Source: the human T2T-CHM13v2.0 reference genome, Homo sapiens. Taken from it: a stretch of DNA of 64,000 bases. The notes below the pieces were generated by a model. It had not been told where the DNA came from, did not search any database, and was given only the letters and a program-made list of their open reading frames with translations. A program made the position numbers and the translations under genes. Below are positions 59,346 to 64,000 of the stretch, in pieces; the first letter of the stretch is position 1; the number at the start of each line of letters is the position of its first letter. The stretch is from assembly GCF_009914755.1 (NCBI RefSeq), contig NC_060932.1; one strand, given 5' to 3'.

Positions 59346-60429
59346 CTTTATCTTTTCCTAAAATTTGGAAAGAAGAGTTGAAACTAATCCTTTAAGAAAA
59401 CAGGACAATGGAGTGCAGCGAAGTTAGTTGTTTACAATATAAAGTAAAATGACAATTGTGTTTCTAAAACATGTGATGTTAATCCACATGTGATTGTCAT
59501 AAGGGTTTAGTGGCACCTTGCTTAATGGCCTTTGATGGCATAGGTACCTCTTCTGCTTGACAGTCCTATAATTAATTTTAACTGGCTCCAGCCTGCCTTT
59601 TCTGCCTTTTAACACAATTAACCCTTCATTGCTACCAGAGTACGCTTTCAAATATGTAAATCTAATCATGTGATTGTTTTTTCTGTCTCTGATAGAAAAA
59701 AGATAGGCCCTTCATTGGCTGCTAAGTGTGGCCACCATGTCCCAGGATGGCTCAAAACCTCAAGGTGTGATACACAGAGCACAAGAACGTGCATGTGACT
59801 GAGACATTGTCCCTGCCCCGAGCATCTCACAGACCAGTGATAGAGGCAAATACAAACAAGTGCAAAGTGTCTCTGGTAGAAGTAAACCAAAGAAATGTGG
59901 AGTCTATCCACACCACAGAGTGGACAGAATAATGGGCTTTAATGTATAAATACGTTCAAACCCTGGCTATGCAACTCACTAACTGTAAATTTGGGTAAGT
60001 CATTTAGTATCTTTGTACTTCAGTTTCCTTTCCTATGTAATGGAGATAATGAGATCTAACTCAAAGAATTGTTATCTAATAAAGAGACAATGCATTTAAA
60101 ACTTAGTATATCTCAAGGTATCAAATTATAAATTATTTTCATTGCCCAGGAGACTATAAAAGTAGAGCAGGAGCGAGGAGTTGGGATCAAATATTTTGTA
60201 CTGCTCTAGTTATGATTGCAAACGTTATTACACAGAATGTTTTGTTTGCTATGAATGTTACATGTACTATTATTCCTATTAATAGATGAAGAAAATGAGG
60301 AAGAAAGGTTAAAATCAAAAGTATCCACATTTATACATCTCAAACAGGGATTTTAACATGGGCCTTCTGTCTGGAATTAAATTTATTGAATTATCTTTTC
60401 AATCTATTGCCTATCTGGTTAACCCTATA

Positions 60430-61508
60430 AGGGTTTCTCAACACTGTCAGTATTGAAATTTTGAACCAGATAATTCTTTGTCGTGTGGGGGCTGTCCTGT
60501 GCCTGGTAGGATGTTTGGCAGTAAAACGGGAAAGGTTCCCTTGTCCCCTTCACAGGGGATGCGATGGGGGTGTGGCTTGCTTCTTCAGTGCCCCACTGCT
60601 CAAACCTCTAGGGGAGCACACAGACGGGCAGGCTGTGGGGCTCCGACCCCACGGCAGTGTCTGGGGGTGAATGTTTACAGCTCCTGAAACCCCAGTGGGC
60701 ATGTGTTACAGGGTGCTCTTTTAGTTTGCCGTCTATAGGCGGCTCGTGTTAACTAGCTCAATTAGACCCTCTACCTTGTCGCAAGGACAGAAGGTTTTCG
60801 GTATCCGGGGTTCGTGCCTTGGTGTACCAGAAGAATCTGATCACACGTGAGCTTGGAAAATGAGTTTAAAGTTTTATTGAGTGGAAGTAGCTCTCAGCAG
60901 ATCGAGGAGCCATAAGGGTGATGGTCTTTCCCTGGAGTTGGGCTGCTCGGTGGCCCCAGCTCTCCTCCGACTGCCCCGCCAAACTGCGCCTTGCCCCGCC
61001 AGTTGATGGCCTGCCCGGGCTCCGGTGTCTGTCTGTCTGTCTGTGTGCTCTTCCACCGGCGTGTTCCCTCCGTGTCCTCTCGCCATCCAGCTGCTTGTGT
61101 CTTCTCTTGCTGATGTGCTCCTCTCGCCGTCCAGCAGCTTCTGTCCCTGCCTTGCTTGGGTCTCGGGTTTTTATAGGCCCGGGATGGGGGCATGGCGGGC
61201 CAGGGTGGTCTTGGAAAATGCAACATTTGGGCACGAAGGCAGAAGTGCCTGTCCTGACTTAGGTCCGTGAGGGTAGAGCCCTAGCCAGGAACCACGGCCT
61301 CCTTTACCCAGCACTTCCTTCCCCACTTCCGTATCATTTAAAGTGACCACGCTCTTCCCTTCCCAGCACTTCCGTATCAACAGCATCCCTGGCCTCTTCC
61401 CAAGAAATGCTAGTAGCACCTTCACTCCCAGCTGTGACAACCGAAACTATTTTTGGTCATTGCCAGATGTTTTCAAGGAGGTAAAATCACCCCTGCTGAG
61501 AACCACTA
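60430..61508 (-). mobile_element. MER20 (hAT-Charlie) split by an LTR
   Basis: agggtttctcaac...gataattctttg...ggatgtttggcag | acagcatccctggcctc...tgagaaccact is the reverse MER20 consensus. Confidence 0.88.
60522..61379 (-). mobile_element. ERV1 solo LTR (LTR1/LTR28/MER52 group), CpG-rich
   Basis: The minus strand begins tgatacggaagtgctggg. TATAAAAA at 61175-61168, AATAAA at 60878-60873, and a 4-bp TSD gcag/acag. Confidence 0.85.
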
Positions 61509-61707
61509 TGGTAGACAGAACTACCACCGCAGATGTAGACAGAGTTTTGACCTCCATGTATCTGAGTTCATAGCACTATATCACAACAAACAGCTAATAC
61601 AATCCTATCTATTCTGGGATCTTGTGAAGTCATAATTTTGTAATCCCCCCTACTCCTATAATGCAGGAGAGCCTGAACTTTGATTCCCACTTAAAAAGTA
61701 GAATTTT

Positions 61708-61990
<283 letters not shown>

Positions 61991-63755
61991 GCGAATTTTG
62001 CAGGTGATTGTCTCCATGGGGCATTCAGGGTCTTTAGTGACTGTCTTCTAAAGCTAGAGAATACCTTTGGGACACCTTCCTGGCTTCGTGCCTCTGTAAT
62101 ACTTTCAAGCTGTTGTATACACGGGGCGAATACATTAAAGTCAGGAAAAAGAAGGCCCTTCAGGGAGCTGAAAGTAGGTCTCTAGATCTCGGTGGGAGAT
62201 CTCTGCCAAACAAGTCAGAACTGCAGCTTCTCTTGGCCCCTGGTGTGACAGAACTTGCAAATGTTATTAAAACATGTTTTCTGAGATCTGGAGGAAGGTG
62301 AAAAATGAGATATTTGTCATAAAAATTGCCAATGGGTCAACTTGGACCTGGTTGAATTGACTCTGTTACATAGACACATCCTGTTGAACACTTGTTATTT
62401 TTTTTTAATGGCCCCAAAGCCTTGTATTAGTTCATACTCCATCATAAATTCAGTCCTTTGTGAAAAAAGACCTTTGGATTTGAAAATAAAGGAAGTGCAT
62501 CGTGTGGACTGCAGCAGTCTGCTTCTTGAAGAATGGTAGTGACTAAATAGAAAGCGAGGGTTTTTTTTTTTTTTTCCTGCTAATTGTTCTCTGAAAAAAA
62601 TATTTTGGTGCTAAAAAGGACTCAGGTGGTGAGAATGGTAGGACTTGCTGTGTGAGCTTGAGAATGGCTCCTCCCTTTCTGCCTCTTGCTTTCCTCATTT
62701 GTCATTTAAAAGAGTTAGAAGAGACAGTATTTGAGGACCTCTCAGCAAATCCGCTTTGCAATACTGTAATTAGAACTTGAGTTTCCTGACTTGACCATTG
62801 AATGCTTTCCCATGGAAAATAATGGAATCCTCAGTTAATCCTACTCAGAAAAGAAACTGAGTACACTAAACTTCTAAGATTCTCACAGATTTTTTTCTTG
62901 TACACCAGTAATTTAAAGGAGAAATTCTAAGAACAAATGAGAAGGCTCTGAGATATATCCACAGCTAACTCCAAAGCAAATACCCTGATATGCTTGGTGT
63001 TGGTGAGGGCTCCTTTTGCTCAAGATAATGATGATTCCCTGTCTTCATGGAACTTACATGTTGCATGAATCCTCTAAGCTGGAAAATTTAAGTAAACAGA
63101 GAGAGGGAGAGGGAATAAGGGAGGCAGAAAAAGAGGATGGGAGAGAGAGAAAACATAATTCTCTTAAATTATTATTTTTCTCTAATTTTCTCTTCCTTAA
63201 AAAGTAAGTTAGAGGTGATATGTGGTATTAAAAGAGAAGAAACTGACATAAATCTTAGAATCAAATATAGTTAAATGTAATACTAGTCATTGCTCTTGCT
63301 ATCTATATTATCTTGAACCTCAGTTTCTTCATTTGCAAAGTAGGGACAGTATTTTGCTGGGGCTGTTGTTTGAGAATTAGATTTGACATAAATATCTGGC
63401 ACGTAAAAATTGTTATATATCTATAGTCTCAGAATTACTGGACAAATGAAAAGTCAGTAGCTACAGGGTCATTAATAATTTTTGACAAGAGAAACTTTCA
63501 AGATAATTGGAAAATATTGGGCTCATGTAATTTACAAAGACCCAGGCATAAATATCACCATAATGGCCAACTGTAAAATGTGTAACCATATGGACAATTA
63601 ATTTTTAATGTTTTATGCAGACATTTGGCATTGGAGACATAACCAAAGACCTGTTGGAGTATTTGCTTGTATCATAGCATATGCTTTGTGATCATCATCC
63701 CATACCTCTAATTCTCTTGGAACAGGGGGCCACTGATAATAAAAAGTACTTCAAT

Positions 63756-64000
63756 CAGCCTGGCGTGGTGCCTCACGCCTGTAATCCCAACACGTTGGTA
63801 GGCTGAGGTGCACGGATTACCTGAGGTCAGAAGTTTGAGGCTAGTCTAGCCAACATGATGAAACCCCATCTCTACTAAAAATTCAAGAAAACAATTAGAC
63901 AGGCATGGTGGTAGGTGCCTGTATTCCCAGCTACTCGGGAGGCTGAGGCAGGAGTATCGCTTGAACCCAGGAAGCGGAGGTTGCAGTGAGCTGAGATCGT
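63756..64000 (+). mobile_element. AluS, runs off the window end
   Basis: cagcctggcgtggtgcctcacgcctgtaatccc... Confidence 0.93.

Noticed and set aside
60866-61440. Cluster of 70-120-aa ORFs on both strands
   Set aside because: GC-rich LTR sequence has few stop codons, and there are no gag, pol or env motifs.

Overview
This is AT-rich primate (human-like) genomic DNA dominated by interspersed repeats. It has 16 Alus, MIR and L2 remnants, MaLR/ERVL/ERV1 solo LTRs, DNA-transposon relics, and a full-length but disabled L1PA3/L1PA4-type LINE-1 (36061-42247) nested in an ancient L1M. I recognise no host protein-coding gene, RNA gene or CRISPR array. Most of the longer ORFs in the track derive from repeats and the rest look like chance ORFs. 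The most unusual things seen directly are: (1) ten perfect 26-bp repeats at 57411-57670, each a 22-bp palindrome carrying a perfect POU octamer ATTTGCAT; (2) an Alu with an apparent 3' transduction (65-nt tag plus a second poly(A) inside one target-site duplication, TSD) at 52356-52759; (3) a re-wired L1 ORF0, where an 8-bp duplication breaks the normal start frame and a new ATG opens a 133-codon antisense ORF; (4) a possible minus-strand spliced non-coding transcript downstream of a CpG-rich solo LTR promoter and the L1 antisense promoter; (5) a possible retrocopied 3'UTR inside an MLT2 LTR. Repeat subfamily names come from remembered consensus motifs, not from a search, and boundaries of old repeats are approximate. 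I found no convincing new multi-gene system.
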